Origin: a bacterium
Lineage (GTDB): Bacteria > Desulfobacterota > DSWW01
DNA: 64,000 bases
NCBI GenBank assembly: GCA_040756235.1
Contig: JBFLZG010000072.1
Span: 1-64,000 of the forward strand
Direction of reading: 5' to 3'
Each line of letters starts with the position of its first letter. Within the stretch, counting starts at the first letter, position 1. The notes below the pieces were generated by a model that did not search any database, had not been told where the DNA came from, and saw only the letters and a list, made by a program, of their open reading frames with translations. Position numbers and translations under genes: made by a program. Below, piece by piece: positions 1 to 10,487 of the stretch.

Positions 1-1
1 C

Positions 2-313
2 CTCTACCCTGCCCTCGAGAAGCACGGTCATACAAAGACCTATCGAACCGCCGTCGAAGCGGTCATGAGCGACCCCGGAGTGGACGCGGTCTACACCCAT
101 CTGTTCACCCCTCTCGCCGGGGTCGCGTGTTTCGATTTCGATCACATGGCCGAGATGTCCCGGAAGCATCGAAAACCCCTGGTGGTCTGGCTTCAGGGGG
201 ACGCGTCTCGAATGCCTGAGATCGCCCGCGAGCTGGAGAGCCGGGGCATCCCGGTCTCGGACGAAATGAGCCGGAGCGCGCGCATTCTGGCCGCCCTGGC
301 AGCAGGACGATAG
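2..313 (+). CDS. 3' part of an acetate/acyl-CoA ligase (ADP-forming)-like protein, 5'-truncated by the window
   Basis: Frame open from base 2 (LYPALEKHG...AVMSDPGVDAV...KPLVVW...LESRGIPV), like the C-terminal succinyl-CoA-ligase-like flavodoxin domain. Confidence 0.6.
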   Translation, partial: LYPALEKHGHTKTYRTAVEAVMSDPGVDAVYTHLFTPLAGVACFDFDHMAEMSRKHRKPLVVWLQGDASRMPEIARELESRGIPVSDEMSRSARILAALAAGR

Positions 314-330
314 GGGACAGGAGACAACGT

Positions 331-1905
331 ATGGAAAAGCGTGCAACCGGTATGGAACCAGCGGTCCCCGAGGAATACGCGCAGCGGGCGGCGGGCCCGA
401 TCGGTTTCGACAACCGCCGGTATCTGGCCGAGCAGACCTCGGCCATCCTGGAGCGGGCGAAGCGGTTCGGAGACAAGCTCTATCTCGAGTTCGGGGGCAA
501 GCTGCTCTACGACTACCACGCGGCCAGGGTGCTGCCCGGGTTCGACCCGAATGTCAAGATGAGCCTGCTTCAGCACCTCAAGGACCAGGCGGACATCCTG
601 CTGTGCATCTACGCCGGCGACATCGCCCGCAAGAAGCTGCGGGCCGATTTCGGCATCACCTACGACGTGGACGCCCTCAAGCTCATCGACGACCTGCGGG
701 AGTGGGGCATCGAAGTCCTGGCCGTGGTCATCACCCGCTTCGACGACCAGCCCGCGGCGCGCATTTTCATGAACCGGCTCGCCCGCAGCCAGATCCCGGT
801 GTACACCCACAAGTCCACGCGAGGATATCCCACGGACGTGGACCTGATCGTGAGCGAGGACGGGTACGGCGCCAACGAGCACATACGCACCCGCAAGCCG
901 ATCGTGGTGGTGACCGGCCCGGGCCCCGGCAGCGGCAAGCTCGCCACCTGCCTCTCCCAGCTCTATCACGAAGACAAGGCCGGCGCCCGCGCCGGATACG
1001 CGAAGTTCGAGACGTTCCCGATCTGGAACCTCGCGCTGAAGCATCCGGTCAACGTCGCCTACGAGGCGGCCACCGCGGACCTGGGCGACTTCAACATGAT
1101 CGACCCTTTCCACCTGGAGGCGTACCGGGAGACGGCCGTCAACTACAACCGGGACGTGGAGATCTTCCCGGTCCTCAAGAGGATCCTGGAGCGCCTCATG
1201 GAAAGCGACGGGGTCTACCGGTCGCCTACGGACATGGGCGTGAACCGCGCCGGCTTCTCCATCATCGACGACGCGGCCTGCCGGGAGGCTTCCAGGCAGG
1301 AAATCATCCGGAGGCGCTTCCGCGCCCGCTGCGAGTACGCCATGGGCTTTGCCGAAGAGGAGACGGTCAAGAGGACCGAGCTCCTCATGGGGGAGCTCGG
1401 GCTCAAGCCGTACGACCGCGGCGTCGTCATGCCCGCGAGGCAAGCCGCGGAAGAGGCGAAGACTTCCGGAAAAGGGAACAAGGGCATTTACTCGGGCGCG
1501 GCCCTGGCGATGAAGGACGGCACGATCATCACGGGCAAGAACTCACCGCTCATGCACGCCACGACCAGCCTCGTCCTCAACGCCATCAAGAAGCTCGCCG
1601 GCATCCCGGACCGAATTCCCCTGCTGCCGCCGAGCATCATCGGATCCATCCATGCTCTGAAGGCGGACCTGTTGGGCTCCCGGGCGGTGAGCATGAACCT
1701 GGAGGAGGCCCTCATCGCGCTCAGCATCAGTGCCGGCGCGAATCCGGCGGCTCAAATGGCGATGGAGAAGCTCAGGGATCTGCGCGGATGCGAGGTGCAC
1801 CTTACACATATCCCGTCGCCCGGCGACGAAGCCGGCCTGAAGAGGCTGGGAGTCCACCTGACGAGCGACGCGAATTTCTCGACGAAGAATCTCTTCCAGC
1901 TCTAA
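331..1905 (+). CDS. DUF1846 (UPF0371) family protein
   Basis: GFDN..YL..Q, KLYLEFGGKL.DYHAARVLPGF, GPGSGKLATCLSQLY, YAKFETFPIWNL; AGGAG RBS. Confidence 0.9.
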   Translation: MEKRATGMEPAVPEEYAQRAAGPIGFDNRRYLAEQTSAILERAKRFGDKLYLEFGGKLLYDYHAARVLPGFDPNVKMSLLQHLKDQADILLCIYAGDIARKKLRADFGITYDVDALKLIDDLREWGIEVLAVVITRFDDQPAARIFMNRLARSQIPVYTHKSTRGYPTDVDLIVSEDGYGANEHIRTRKPIVVVTGPGPGSGKLATCLSQLYHEDKAGARAGYAKFETFPIWNLALKHPVNVAYEAATADLGDFNMIDPFHLEAYRETAVNYNRDVEIFPVLKRILERLMESDGVYRSPTDMGVNRAGFSIIDDAACREASRQEIIRRRFRARCEYAMGFAEEETVKRTELLMGELGLKPYDRGVVMPARQAAEEAKTSGKGNKGIYSGAALAMKDGTIITGKNSPLMHATTSLVLNAIKKLAGIPDRIPLLPPSIIGSIHALKADLLGSRAVSMNLEEALIALSISAGANPAAQMAMEKLRDLRGCEVHLTHIPSPGDEAGLKRLGVHLTSDANFSTKNLFQL

Positions 1906-1942
1906 TACGAGCGCATGAACAAATGCTGCATCCGGCTGCAGC

Positions 1943-2192
1943 CCCCTCACCCTGGCCCTCTCCCCCAAAGGGGGCGAGGGGATTGCTCGGTCGCCTCTTT
2001 CCTCTCCCCCCCGAGAGGGTGTCGAAAAACACCCTCTGGGGAGGCTGTTGAGAAATGGCCAGATGCAAGGCGCGCGAAATCCCGAGGAATGAGGCGTACA
2101 TGGCAGTACGCCGCAATGACGAGGGATGAGCGCAACGCCGCAGATGGCCGTTTATCGACAGCCTCCCGAGGGGAGAGGATCAAGGTGAGGGG
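1943..2192. repeat. CCCTCACCC/CCTCTCCC-type palindromic repeat, interrupted by a MITE
   Basis: cccctcaccctggccctctccccc...gggggagaggatcaaggtgagggg; related copy at about 6506-6606. Confidence 0.65.
2015..2165 (+). mobile_element. MITE copy 1 (non-autonomous, IS5/IS1182-like ends)
   Basis: Imperfect TIR GAGGGTGTCGAAAAAC / GTTTATCGACAGCCTC, CCGA duplicated at 2011-2014 and 2166-2169; core shared with copies at 19260, 21846 and 46203. Confidence 0.75.
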
Positions 2193-2252
2193 TGACAATG
2201 GGTTTCACCACCAAATGCGTTTGCATTAGAGGGATGTTGGGCGGGGGCTCTT

Positions 2253-3542
2253 GTGGCCGGTGATGTGGACATTGTGGCAGGCTGGCTGATCGACGGCACG
2301 GGCAGCTCGGCTGAACGGCTCGTTCGGATCCGGGTCGTGAGCGGCCTCATCACCGGCATCGGCAGAGATCAGCTCGAGCGGCAGGACCCTGACACCGCGG
2401 CGGTCGATCTTTCGGATTGCACCGTTCTGCCTGCTCTGACCGACGCCCACGTGCACCTCTGCCTGCCCGGGGCGGCCCCGTCCGGCCGAGGCAACGGAGG
2501 GCGGCGGCGCGCCTTCGACCAGGCGCAAGCCGAGATCGCCGAAAGGCTCCGCCTGCATTCTGCCCACGGCGTGCTGAGCGTAAGGGATGCCGGGGATCCC
2601 CGCTCGCAAGCGCTTCGCTACAAGCGCGCATGCCTCTCGTCTGTCGGCACCTACCTGCATGCGCCGGCGGCGGCCTGGCACGCCTCCGGCCGGTACGGGG
2701 CGATCATCGGCCGGCCGCCCCCTCCCGGCCTCACCCTGGCCGAGTCGATCTCCGGCTGTGCTTCCCAGGGCGCAGCCCACGTCAAGATCATCCAGTCAGG
2801 CCCCAACAGCCTCTCACGCTATGGAGAAGAAACGGTCCCGCAGTTCAGTCCGGAGGCTTTGGAGAGGGCCGTGAAGGCCGCCCGCCGACTCGGCCTCAGG
2901 ACCATGGTGCACGCCAATGGCTGCCTCCCGGTCCGCATCGCCATCGAGGCAGGCTGCGACTCCATCGAGCACGGGTACTTCATGGGGAAGGACAACCTGG
3001 GGAAGATGGCGGACCGGCAAATCGTCTGGGTGCCAACGGCCGTGCCCATGCAGGCCTGCTCCCGGAGAGCCGATTGCACGGAGTCGGAGAGGGACACCGC
3101 GCGGAAGACGCTGGACCGCCAGCTCGAGCAGATCGCTCAGGCCCGGGCCCTTGGAGTTCCGATCGCCCTCGGCACGGACAGCGGCTGCCCCGGCGTACCC
3201 CACGGAGAGGCCGCCTGGGGAGAGCTTCGGCTGTTTCTGGATGCAGGTCTTCCTCGCGAGGAGGCGGTGCGGTGTGCCACGCTGGCCGGAGCCTGCCTGG
3301 TAGGTCTGGAAACGGAATTGGGATCGCTGAGACCGGGGATGCCCGCCACGTTCGTTGCGGTGAAGGGGGGCCCTGCCGGACTGCAAAGAGCCGGCGTTCT
3401 CGAGCGGCTGGAAGGCATCTACGTGAGAGGGGAGAAGAACGGGCCCCGTTTCGATCCCGGAGCTCGGCTGGCGGCCACGGCTGCCCATCGGGCTGAAGAG
3501 TCGTCACCGCAGATCCGCGCAGGACGAGGATTCGAGAAGTAG
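2253..3542 (+). CDS. Amidohydrolase family protein (imidazolonepropionase/prolidase-like)
   Basis: DAHVHL metal motif, MVHANG, SIEHG, ALGTDSG. Confidence 0.85.
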   Translation: MAGDVDIVAGWLIDGTGSSAERLVRIRVVSGLITGIGRDQLERQDPDTAAVDLSDCTVLPALTDAHVHLCLPGAAPSGRGNGGRRRAFDQAQAEIAERLRLHSAHGVLSVRDAGDPRSQALRYKRACLSSVGTYLHAPAAAWHASGRYGAIIGRPPPPGLTLAESISGCASQGAAHVKIIQSGPNSLSRYGEETVPQFSPEALERAVKAARRLGLRTMVHANGCLPVRIAIEAGCDSIEHGYFMGKDNLGKMADRQIVWVPTAVPMQACSRRADCTESERDTARKTLDRQLEQIAQARALGVPIALGTDSGCPGVPHGEAAWGELRLFLDAGLPREEAVRCATLAGACLVGLETELGSLRPGMPATFVAVKGGPAGLQRAGVLERLEGIYVRGEKNGPRFDPGARLAATAAHRAEESSPQIRAGRGFEK

Positions 3543-3718
3543 GCCGGGCCGCCCTCGCCCGCTCGCCTCTCACGGGAATGCGGGGATCTCCGAGTCCCAA
3601 GGGAGCATCTTAATTGTCCAGGTGCCCCCAAAGAACGAGCGTGTCCACCTGGCAAGCGAAGAAAGCCGCAAAGCCCACTCTTCCTGCTCGGAGGTGTGAG
3701 GGAAATCGGAGAGGCAGC

Positions 3719-4069
3719 ATGCCGATACTCGAAGAAGACCAGCGCCCCTGGGGCACCTACCAGGTGCTTTCCGACGAGCCCGACCACAAGGTCAAGCGCA
3801 TCGTCGTGTACCCGGGCAAGCGCCTGAGCTTGCAGCGCCATCGACGAAGGGCCGAGCACTGGTTCGTGCTGGCGGGCACCGCCCTCGTGACGCGGGACGA
3901 GAACGAGATCCCGGTCGCAGCCGGCCAGTCGATCGACATCCCCAGGGGCGCTCTCCACCGGGTGATGAACCCGGGCGCGCAGGACCTGGCCTTCATCGAG
4001 ATCCAGACCGGCGACTACTTCGGCGAGGACGATATCGAGCGGATCGAGGACGATTTCGGCAGGACCTGA
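3719..4069 (+). CDS. Mannose-6-phosphate isomerase type II C-terminal cupin protein
   Basis: RPWG.Y, KVKRIVVYPGKRLSLQRH..RAEHW, IEIQTGDYFGEDDI.R..DDFGR; start moved to ATG 3719 after GGAGAGG. Confidence 0.9.
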   Translation: MPILEEDQRPWGTYQVLSDEPDHKVKRIVVYPGKRLSLQRHRRRAEHWFVLAGTALVTRDENEIPVAAGQSIDIPRGALHRVMNPGAQDLAFIEIQTGDYFGEDDIERIEDDFGRT

Positions 4070-4303
4070 TCGTCATCCCGGCTCGCGGCCGCCCGGGCGG
4101 CTTGAAGGTAAAGGAAGATTGCGAGCGTAGCGAAGCAACCGCCCTGGCTCTGGGGGTTGCTTCGGTCGCCCGTGGCTCCCTCGCAATGTCCGCAACACTG
4201 CGTGTCCTCGCTCCGCCCGCTCAATGCGGCCTTGGCCGGCGATGGCGACACAGCCTCCTGCGCCGGAATGACGGGAAGAGCCGGACCTGCCGCACGAGCC
4301 CTC

Positions 4304-4327
4304 GTAGGGGCGCTGCTTGCTGCGCCC
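4304..4327 (+). repeat. GTAG-tagged REP hairpin
   Basis: GTAGGGGCGCTGCTTGCTGCGCCC; similar copies at 8576-8599, 19023-19046, 41077-41100, 42293-42316 (reverse strand). Confidence 0.7.
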
Positions 4328-4336
4328 CGCCTATTG

Positions 4337-4451
4337 CGTCATCCCGGCCCACCTGCGGAGCGCGTGTGAGCCGGGATCCAGAAGCCTGCCACAAGCGCTG
4401 CTGCAAATCATGGGTGGCAGGGACTGGATTCCGGCCTGCGCCGGAATGACG
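4337..4451 (+). repeat. CGTC-tagged REP dimer, copy 1
   Basis: CGTCATCCCGGCCCA..TGCGGAGCGCGTGTGAGCCGGGATCCAGAAG ... CTGGATTCCGGCCTGCGCCGGAATGACG. Confidence 0.8.
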
Positions 4452-4458
4452 ACAGCCT

Positions 4459-6162
4459 CTAGCCCTGCGGGCCCCAGTACACCTCCAGGAACCTCATCAG
4501 GAACTCCTGCGGCACGGCCAGATTGGCTGCGTGATCGGTCTGCACGCACACGACGGCCGGGCCGGCCGCAGCCCTGGCTCGCTCGAGCGCGGGCTCGAGG
4601 TCTTCGAGCCTCTCCACGTGCTCCCCGCGGCAGCCGAGACCTTCAGCGACCTTGTCCCATCGTACGGTTCCCATCCCGGTACCGAACGTCTTGCCGAACT
4701 GCATGAGCTCGTTCGGTTCCTCCATGGTCCACGCGCCCTCGGCAAACACGATGACGCTGATCTTGAGGCTCTCCCGCGCCGCTGACTGCATCTCCATGAA
4801 GTTGAACCCTGCGGCGCCGTCCCCGGTCACGCACACGACCTCACGCTCCGGGCTCCCCAGCTTCGCGCCGATCGCCGACGGAATTCCGATCCCGAGCATG
4901 CCGAGCTCCAGGATGTTCACATAGGAGCGTGGCCGCGTGGCCGGGAGGAACCAGTGCAGCCAGAGCGACGTCATCCCGCCGTCCGCATGGTACAGCGCGT
5001 CTTTACCGAAGACCTTGCCCACGGCCTGGGCCGCGTGCGCCGGGTGGATGCCCGGACCTCGCCACTCCTTGACCGCCCGGAACTGGTCTTCCCACCAGGC
5101 CCGAGCGGCCTGGCGATAGCGGGCCAGGTCCTTCCCGCCCGCGCGCCGCACCTTTCCGGCTTTCAGGAGTTGAACGAGTCGTTCGAGGCTCGCCTTCGCC
5201 TCGGCGATGATGGGCAGCGTCACGGGGCGGGTGACTGCTATGTTGCGCGGGTCGATATCGATCTGGATGATCTTCTGCCGAGTCGGATCGCCCCAATACT
5301 TGTCATAAGGGAGGTCGAGGTTGCCGAGTCTCGAAGCCGCCACCAGAACGACGTCCGCCTCCTGTTTCACGACGTCGGCGCCGCGACCGAAGCTGTAGAT
5401 CAGGTTCGGATGATCGAACGGCACCACGGACCGCCCGGCCATGGTGGAGAGGACCGGACAATCGAGCAGCGCCACGATCTCCAGAAGCGCCGCGTTCGCC
5501 CCTGCCCGATCCACGCCCGAGCCGGCGATGACGAGCGGCCTTTGTGCCGCCGCAAGAAGGTCCGCAGCCGCCTGGAGCTGACCTTCGGAAGGCTGCGGCT
5601 GGGCAGCCCGATACATCTCGGGAGCGACGACCCGCACCTTCTGCTCGTCGTCGCTCCCGTACATCACCGGCATGGGCACCTCCAGGTGCACGGGCCCGGG
5701 CCGGCCGCTCCACATCTCCCGAAAGGCGATGCGCACGACCTCCGGAATGCGTTCCCAGGAAAGGATCGGCCCGCCCCACTTCACCATCGGCTTGAACAGA
5801 TCGAGCTGGTCCTGGCCCTGGAACGTGGACGGGGGCGAAGGGTAGACGATGCCGAGGCGGTGCTGGGCCGTGATCACCACCACGGGCACCCCCTCGTGCC
5901 GCGCCGTTGCGACACCGGGAACCAGATTCGCCGAGCCGGGGCCCGGGTTGCCGACCACCGCCGCCACCTGCCCGGTGGTCTTGTACAGGCCCTCGGCCAT
6001 GTGGACGGCAGCGGCCTCGTGGCGGACCGGAACGAATCGCAGCTTGTGCGCGTCCAGCTTCGCCAGAAACGGGTCAATCTCGGGGCAGGGCAATCCGAAG
6101 ACAAACCTCACGCCCTCGTTAGCCAGGCACCTCGCAAGCAATTCACCACCCGAGATCTGCAT
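4459..6162 (-). CDS. Thiamine pyrophosphate-binding enzyme (acetolactate synthase / 2-hydroxyacyl-CoA lyase-like)
   Basis: VRHEAAAVHMAEG, GPGSAN, RPGPVHL, TPP motif GDGAAGF; start at MQISGGE after AGGAGG. Confidence 0.9.
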   Translation of the reverse strand: MQISGGELLARCLANEGVRFVFGLPCPEIDPFLAKLDAHKLRFVPVRHEAAAVHMAEGLYKTTGQVAAVVGNPGPGSANLVPGVATARHEGVPVVVITAQHRLGIVYPSPPSTFQGQDQLDLFKPMVKWGGPILSWERIPEVVRIAFREMWSGRPGPVHLEVPMPVMYGSDDEQKVRVVAPEMYRAAQPQPSEGQLQAAADLLAAAQRPLVIAGSGVDRAGANAALLEIVALLDCPVLSTMAGRSVVPFDHPNLIYSFGRGADVVKQEADVVLVAASRLGNLDLPYDKYWGDPTRQKIIQIDIDPRNIAVTRPVTLPIIAEAKASLERLVQLLKAGKVRRAGGKDLARYRQAARAWWEDQFRAVKEWRGPGIHPAHAAQAVGKVFGKDALYHADGGMTSLWLHWFLPATRPRSYVNILELGMLGIGIPSAIGAKLGSPEREVVCVTGDGAAGFNFMEMQSAARESLKISVIVFAEGAWTMEEPNELMQFGKTFGTGMGTVRWDKVAEGLGCRGEHVERLEDLEPALERARAAAGPAVVCVQTDHAANLAVPQEFLMRFLEVYWGPQG

Positions 6163-6505
6163 GACAAGAATACCTCCTTCCTCACGAGCTCGCCTCAAGT
6201 ACTGCTTTTCACAAGTACGGTGACATTATTCCGTGGGGGTCGCCTTGCCCGCCAGGACGTGGCGCCTGGATGAATTGCCGGAGATTGCGAGGCTCGCAGG
6301 GCCGCGGCAACCTCCCGGTTACAGCACTTCAGCGGTTACAGCGGCTCGCTCGCGAGATTCAGCGGTTTGGTCCGTCCGTTGGCATGCCATGCGGCATACG
6401 TCCGTCCTGCCGGCGAATCGGCGTAGCTCGCCCGCTTTTCAGGCCTTGCTCGGCAACGCCTGCCCTATGCAATGCGCCCATTCTGGAACAGTTGTTGGTC
6501 TTCTA

Positions 6506-6606
6506 CCTTCTCCCCTCGCCGAGGGGAGAAGGTCAGGATGAGGGGTGCAGTTGCGCCTGTTTCCCCCTCACCCTGACCCTCTCCCCCGCGCACGGGGGGA
6601 GGGGAT
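6506..6606. repeat. CCCTCACCC/CCTCTCCC-type palindromic repeat
   Basis: ccttctcccctcgccgaggggagaagg ... ccccctcaccctgaccctctcccccgcgcacggggggagggg. Confidence 0.65.
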
Positions 6607-6670
6607 TGCGACTCCGGCGCTAAGCCGGTTGGACCCGAAATTGTGAGTAAAAGGCAGGGCAAAGGCCGCC

Positions 6671-8356
6671 TCAGTCCTGCTGCTGTTGCCACGGTCCGGG
6701 CATCTGTCCAGGGACCGTCCAGGTCCGCCGGATCATCTGCCCCGGCTTCGATCCTGAAAGCTCGCCTTGATCGACGACCAGCTCCCCATTGACGATCACG
6801 TAGGGAATGCCGACCGGAGGCTCCAGGGAAACCGGATTCGCCAGCAGGTTCGCGTCCATGATCGTGTCCGGATCGAACAGGACGAGATCGGCATCACATC
6901 CGACCTGGACCCTTCCTTTCTTATCGAGACCGAGCCAGAGGGCAGCCAGGGTCGAGGTCTTGTACACGGCGGTCGAAAGATTGCAGAGCTGTCCCTCGCG
7001 GATCCAGTAGCCCCAGAAATGGGCGAAGTTCCCGGCCACCCAAGGGGCGGCGACATATTCTCCTGTTGCAGGGTCACGTGCGACGTAGCTGTCCGTTTCC
7101 ACCATGACAAAGGGAAGGCTCAACCACAGAGCATACCAGTATTCTTTAAAAACGTAGCCGTATGTGACATTGGGATCTTCCGCCGCGCCCGCGAAGACGG
7201 TGTCTCGTACGTACCTGAATTCCTCGAGGCTGTCGAAATGCTCCCCTGCCTGCATGTAGACCGCGCCGTCGATGATCACGGACTTGACCACCGCCCAGTC
7301 GGTGATCGGATTGCCGAGCATCTCGATGAGCTCGTCGATCATCCAGGGCACATAGGGCGGCTCCAGGAAGACGGGCGCCAGGATGCTGGTAACGCCGAAC
7401 GGCCATCCGGAGATCATGTCGGATCCCAGGTTCACGCCTTCCTCCAGGCCCCGGAAAATGAACTCGGCCCCGGTCCCCGCACTGCCTGCCCCCAGGAGCG
7501 GGCCGCCTTCGTGCGAGATGAGCAGAGGGACGCCCGATTCGGTCGCCAGCTGGATCCCTTCATTCAGGGCCGCGACGGGCAAGCCGGGATCGGGCAGCGG
7601 CAGGGCATAGCGCACGTGGATGGCATCGCCACCTCCGAGCTCGGCCGACTTCACGGCCAGGGCGATCATCTCTTCATAGGCCGCCCCGGGATGGTAAAAG
7701 GGACCGTACGATACGCCCAGGGCTCCTGCCGCCAGGTCCTGCGCGGCCATTTCGACCATCTGGGCGATCTGCTCCTGAGTTGCCGGCGTCATGGCATCCG
7801 GAACGCCGGATCTGAGCCTGAGCGTATTGTGACCCGTATAGGCGGCGTAGTTCGTGTAGAGACCGGCCGCCTCCACGCTCGCGAAAAAGTCTTGGGCCGG
7901 GACCGGATCACCGAGCCACGGCAAGGAGCCGCAGTTGCCGCCGATATAGGTGGTAATTCCGTCCCGGACCGAAACCATCGTGGTCCCCTCGACGTCGGCC
8001 TCGTGCCCGTGGATGTTGATGAACCCGGGGGCCACCACCAGGCCGTCGGCATCGATGACCCGAGCGGCGCTCGCGACCAGATCGGACACCGCTTCGGGGG
8101 AGCTCTCGATCACGTCGATTCTGCCGTCCTGGATGCCCACTGCGGCCGTCCTGTCCGTCGAGGTCAGAGGATCCACGACCCTGCCGTCCACGATGACGAG
8201 GTCGCACGGCCCGGCGCTGCAACTTGCCGCCAGAGTCTCTCCCCCCGTTTGCGAATCATCGTCATCCCCGCAGCCTGCGATCGCGAGCAGAACGGCGATC
8301 CCCGCAAGAACCAACAGGCTTTCGACTCCGCTCCAGCCATTACCCCCTCTTCTCAT
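6671..8356 (-). CDS. N-acyl-D-amino-acid deacylase-like amidohydrolase, predicted lipoprotein
   Basis: Lipobox IAGC + acidic tether; PGFINIHGH, GITTYIGGNCG, KGRVQVGCDADLVLFDP. Confidence 0.8.
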   Translation of the reverse strand: MRRGGNGWSGVESLLVLAGIAVLLAIAGCGDDDDSQTGGETLAASCSAGPCDLVIVDGRVVDPLTSTDRTAAVGIQDGRIDVIESSPEAVSDLVASAARVIDADGLVVAPGFINIHGHEADVEGTTMVSVRDGITTYIGGNCGSLPWLGDPVPAQDFFASVEAAGLYTNYAAYTGHNTLRLRSGVPDAMTPATQEQIAQMVEMAAQDLAAGALGVSYGPFYHPGAAYEEMIALAVKSAELGGGDAIHVRYALPLPDPGLPVAALNEGIQLATESGVPLLISHEGGPLLGAGSAGTGAEFIFRGLEEGVNLGSDMISGWPFGVTSILAPVFLEPPYVPWMIDELIEMLGNPITDWAVVKSVIIDGAVYMQAGEHFDSLEEFRYVRDTVFAGAAEDPNVTYGYVFKEYWYALWLSLPFVMVETDSYVARDPATGEYVAAPWVAGNFAHFWGYWIREGQLCNLSTAVYKTSTLAALWLGLDKKGRVQVGCDADLVLFDPDTIMDANLLANPVSLEPPVGIPYVIVNGELVVDQGELSGSKPGQMIRRTWTVPGQMPGPWQQQQD

Positions 8357-8466
8357 GGCTCGCTCTCCCTTCGAAGTGCTATTCGCGCAGACCTGCCGCC
8401 CAGGGCTGCGCTTAAACCAAGAACCAGTGAACAGGCGGGATGCCGATCCTCCGAGGTACGCTCTTC

Positions 8467-8569
8467 CGTCATTCCGGCGCAGGCCGGAATCCAGTCCCTG
8501 CTACCGTCTCTTGCGGGCAGGCTGCCGGATCCCGGCTCACACGCGCTACGCCGCATGGGCCGGGAGACG
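8467..8569 (-). repeat. CGTC-tagged REP dimer, copy 2
   Basis: Reverse-complement homolog of 4337-4451. Confidence 0.75.
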
Positions 8570-8641
8570 AACAAAGGGCGCAGCCAGCAGCGCCGCTACA
8601 ACGCCTCGCACAAGCGGCGCCAGGCATGACGTCCCCCTGTT

Positions 8642-9580
8642 CTAGCTGGGCATTTCCAGGAGCTCCACCGGAATCCCGTCCGGGTCCCGCGCGTAGATGA
8701 ACCACGCCGTTCCGGATACGGCCTCTTCATGCACCTCCAGAGGCGTGGGACAGCTGATGAGCTCGAGGCCTTCCTTCATCAGGAATCTCGCCAGGCCGAG
8801 AACGTCTTCCGTTATGCAGCAACTCTCCAGGTAGCCGTAGTCACCCCAGAGGACATGGAACGGGATCGACCTTCCGCGGGGCTTCGACACCTCGTACAGC
8901 TCGAGCATGTGGAAGCCGTTGCTGTTGGCAAGAAGGCACGAGCGCACCTCCGTTTCCCCGGAACCGCTCACCTCGCCCACCAGCCCGGAGAAACAGTCGT
9001 GAGGCTCGACCACCACCGTGTCGAAGTCGAGGTACCCTTTGTAGAACTCCATCGACCGCGCGAGGTCCGTGACGCTGATCCCCACCGAGCGGATGGCGCC
9101 GAGCGCCCCCTGTGTGCGGATGTTCGAGCTGGAGACAAACTCGACGAGGTTGCCGTCCGGGTCGGTGCCGAACACGAAGCGGTAATCCCCCCAGCCCGGA
9201 AGCCTGACGGATTTCGGGGTGGAGACAAAGCGGATCCTGTCCTTGTGCGACTCGCAGAATCTCTCGACATCCGCCACTTCGACCGTAATCTTGTTCACGC
9301 CGATGTCACCGAACCGCACCTGCTTGTGGATCGGCCGCGGCGAAGGCTCGAACCGCTGGATGCATTCAATGACAATGCTCTCCCTCTCCTGCATGTACAT
9401 GCAGCCGTCGAACACGTGCGACGAAGTCCGGAAGAAATCGGGCATGGCGTTGTACAGCGCTCCGAACTCCGCCATGCGAGCCTTGCACTCCAGGACATCC
9501 CTGTAGAACTGCCTGCTGGCCTCGATGTTCCGCACGCCCAACCCGACGTGCTGCACGCCCGTCACCTTCGGTTTCACCAT
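8642..9580 (-). CDS. Two-domain VOC (glyoxalase/bleomycin resistance) family protein
   Basis: HVGLGVRNIEAS..FY, DPDGNLVEF, second repeat SVGISVTDL..S..FY, RDPDGIPVELLE. Confidence 0.85.
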   Translation of the reverse strand: MVKPKVTGVQHVGLGVRNIEASRQFYRDVLECKARMAEFGALYNAMPDFFRTSSHVFDGCMYMQERESIVIECIQRFEPSPRPIHKQVRFGDIGVNKITVEVADVERFCESHKDRIRFVSTPKSVRLPGWGDYRFVFGTDPDGNLVEFVSSSNIRTQGALGAIRSVGISVTDLARSMEFYKGYLDFDTVVVEPHDCFSGLVGEVSGSGETEVRSCLLANSNGFHMLELYEVSKPRGRSIPFHVLWGDYGYLESCCITEDVLGLARFLMKEGLELISCPTPLEVHEEAVSGTAWFIYARDPDGIPVELLEMPS

Positions 9581-9622
9581 GGAAGATCTCCTTCTGTGGC
9601 GGCTACCCGTCTTGCGTCTCGT

Positions 9623-10402
9623 TCACTTCGGACCTTCGCCGGTAATCAGGCCGACCAGCGGCTCGACAATCCCCAGACCGATACCTGCGCTCAAACCTCC
9701 ATCGATCGGGATCGCCAGCCCGGTGATGAAGGCGCTTTCGTCGGAGGCGAGAAAATGGAACAGGGCGGCCACTTCTTCGGGGCGGCCAATCCTGCGGAGG
9801 GGGTGAAGGTGGCTGGCCAGGAGCATCTCGACCTGGGCCATCGGCCCGGCATTGATGGGCGTGTCGATCGTACCCGGGCAGACCGCGTTGACCCGGACTC
9901 CCCGGGGCGCAAACTCCAGAGCCGCCGTCTTGGTGAGGCCGATGACGGCGCACTTGGACGCCGTGTAGGACCCGTAGCTCGGGAAAGCCGCCACGCCGGC
10001 ATAGGAACTGGTATTGATGATCGAGCCGCCGTCCGCGATGCGCGACGCCGCATGCTTCAAGCCCCACAGGACCCCCTTCGTATTCACCCGGAAGATGCGA
10101 TCGAACTGCGCCTCCGTGATCTCCCGGATCTCGCCCCCTTCCCCGATGCCGGCGTTGTTCACCAGGATGTCCAGCTTTCCGTACCTGGAAAGAGCGGTCT
10201 CCAGGAGGTCCTGTACCTGAGGCTCCTGAGAGACATCCGTCTTCACGAACAGGCCACCGGCTTCTTTTGCGACCTCACGCCCATCCTGGACATCGGCCAG
10301 CACGACCGCGGCCCCGGCCTTGGCGAACCTCAGCGCCGTTGCCTTGCCGATCCCGGAGGCGCCCCCCGTAATCACCGCCACCTTGTCTTTGAGCGAAAAC
10401 AT
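9623..10402 (-). CDS. Short-chain dehydrogenase/reductase (SDR)
   Basis: TGGASGIG, NNAG, YTASK, VNAVCPG; start MFSLKDK. Confidence 0.92.
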   Translation of the reverse strand: MFSLKDKVAVITGGASGIGKATALRFAKAGAAVVLADVQDGREVAKEAGGLFVKTDVSQEPQVQDLLETALSRYGKLDILVNNAGIGEGGEIREITEAQFDRIFRVNTKGVLWGLKHAASRIADGGSIINTSSYAGVAAFPSYGSYTASKCAVIGLTKTAALEFAPRGVRVNAVCPGTIDTPINAGPMAQVEMLLASHLHPLRRIGRPEEVAALFHFLASDESAFITGLAIPIDGGLSAGIGLGIVEPLVGLITGEGPK

Positions 10403-10487
10403 CGGCTTCCCTCCATGGTCACGAGCACCGTTCCGCTTTCGGCTCGCCGTTCCGCCCGACCGCGGCCTCTTCAAGATCAATCTTTCC

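Noticed and set aside
4072..4451. Repeat cluster as a CRISPR array
   Set aside because: No regularly spaced direct repeats with unique spacers and no cas genes
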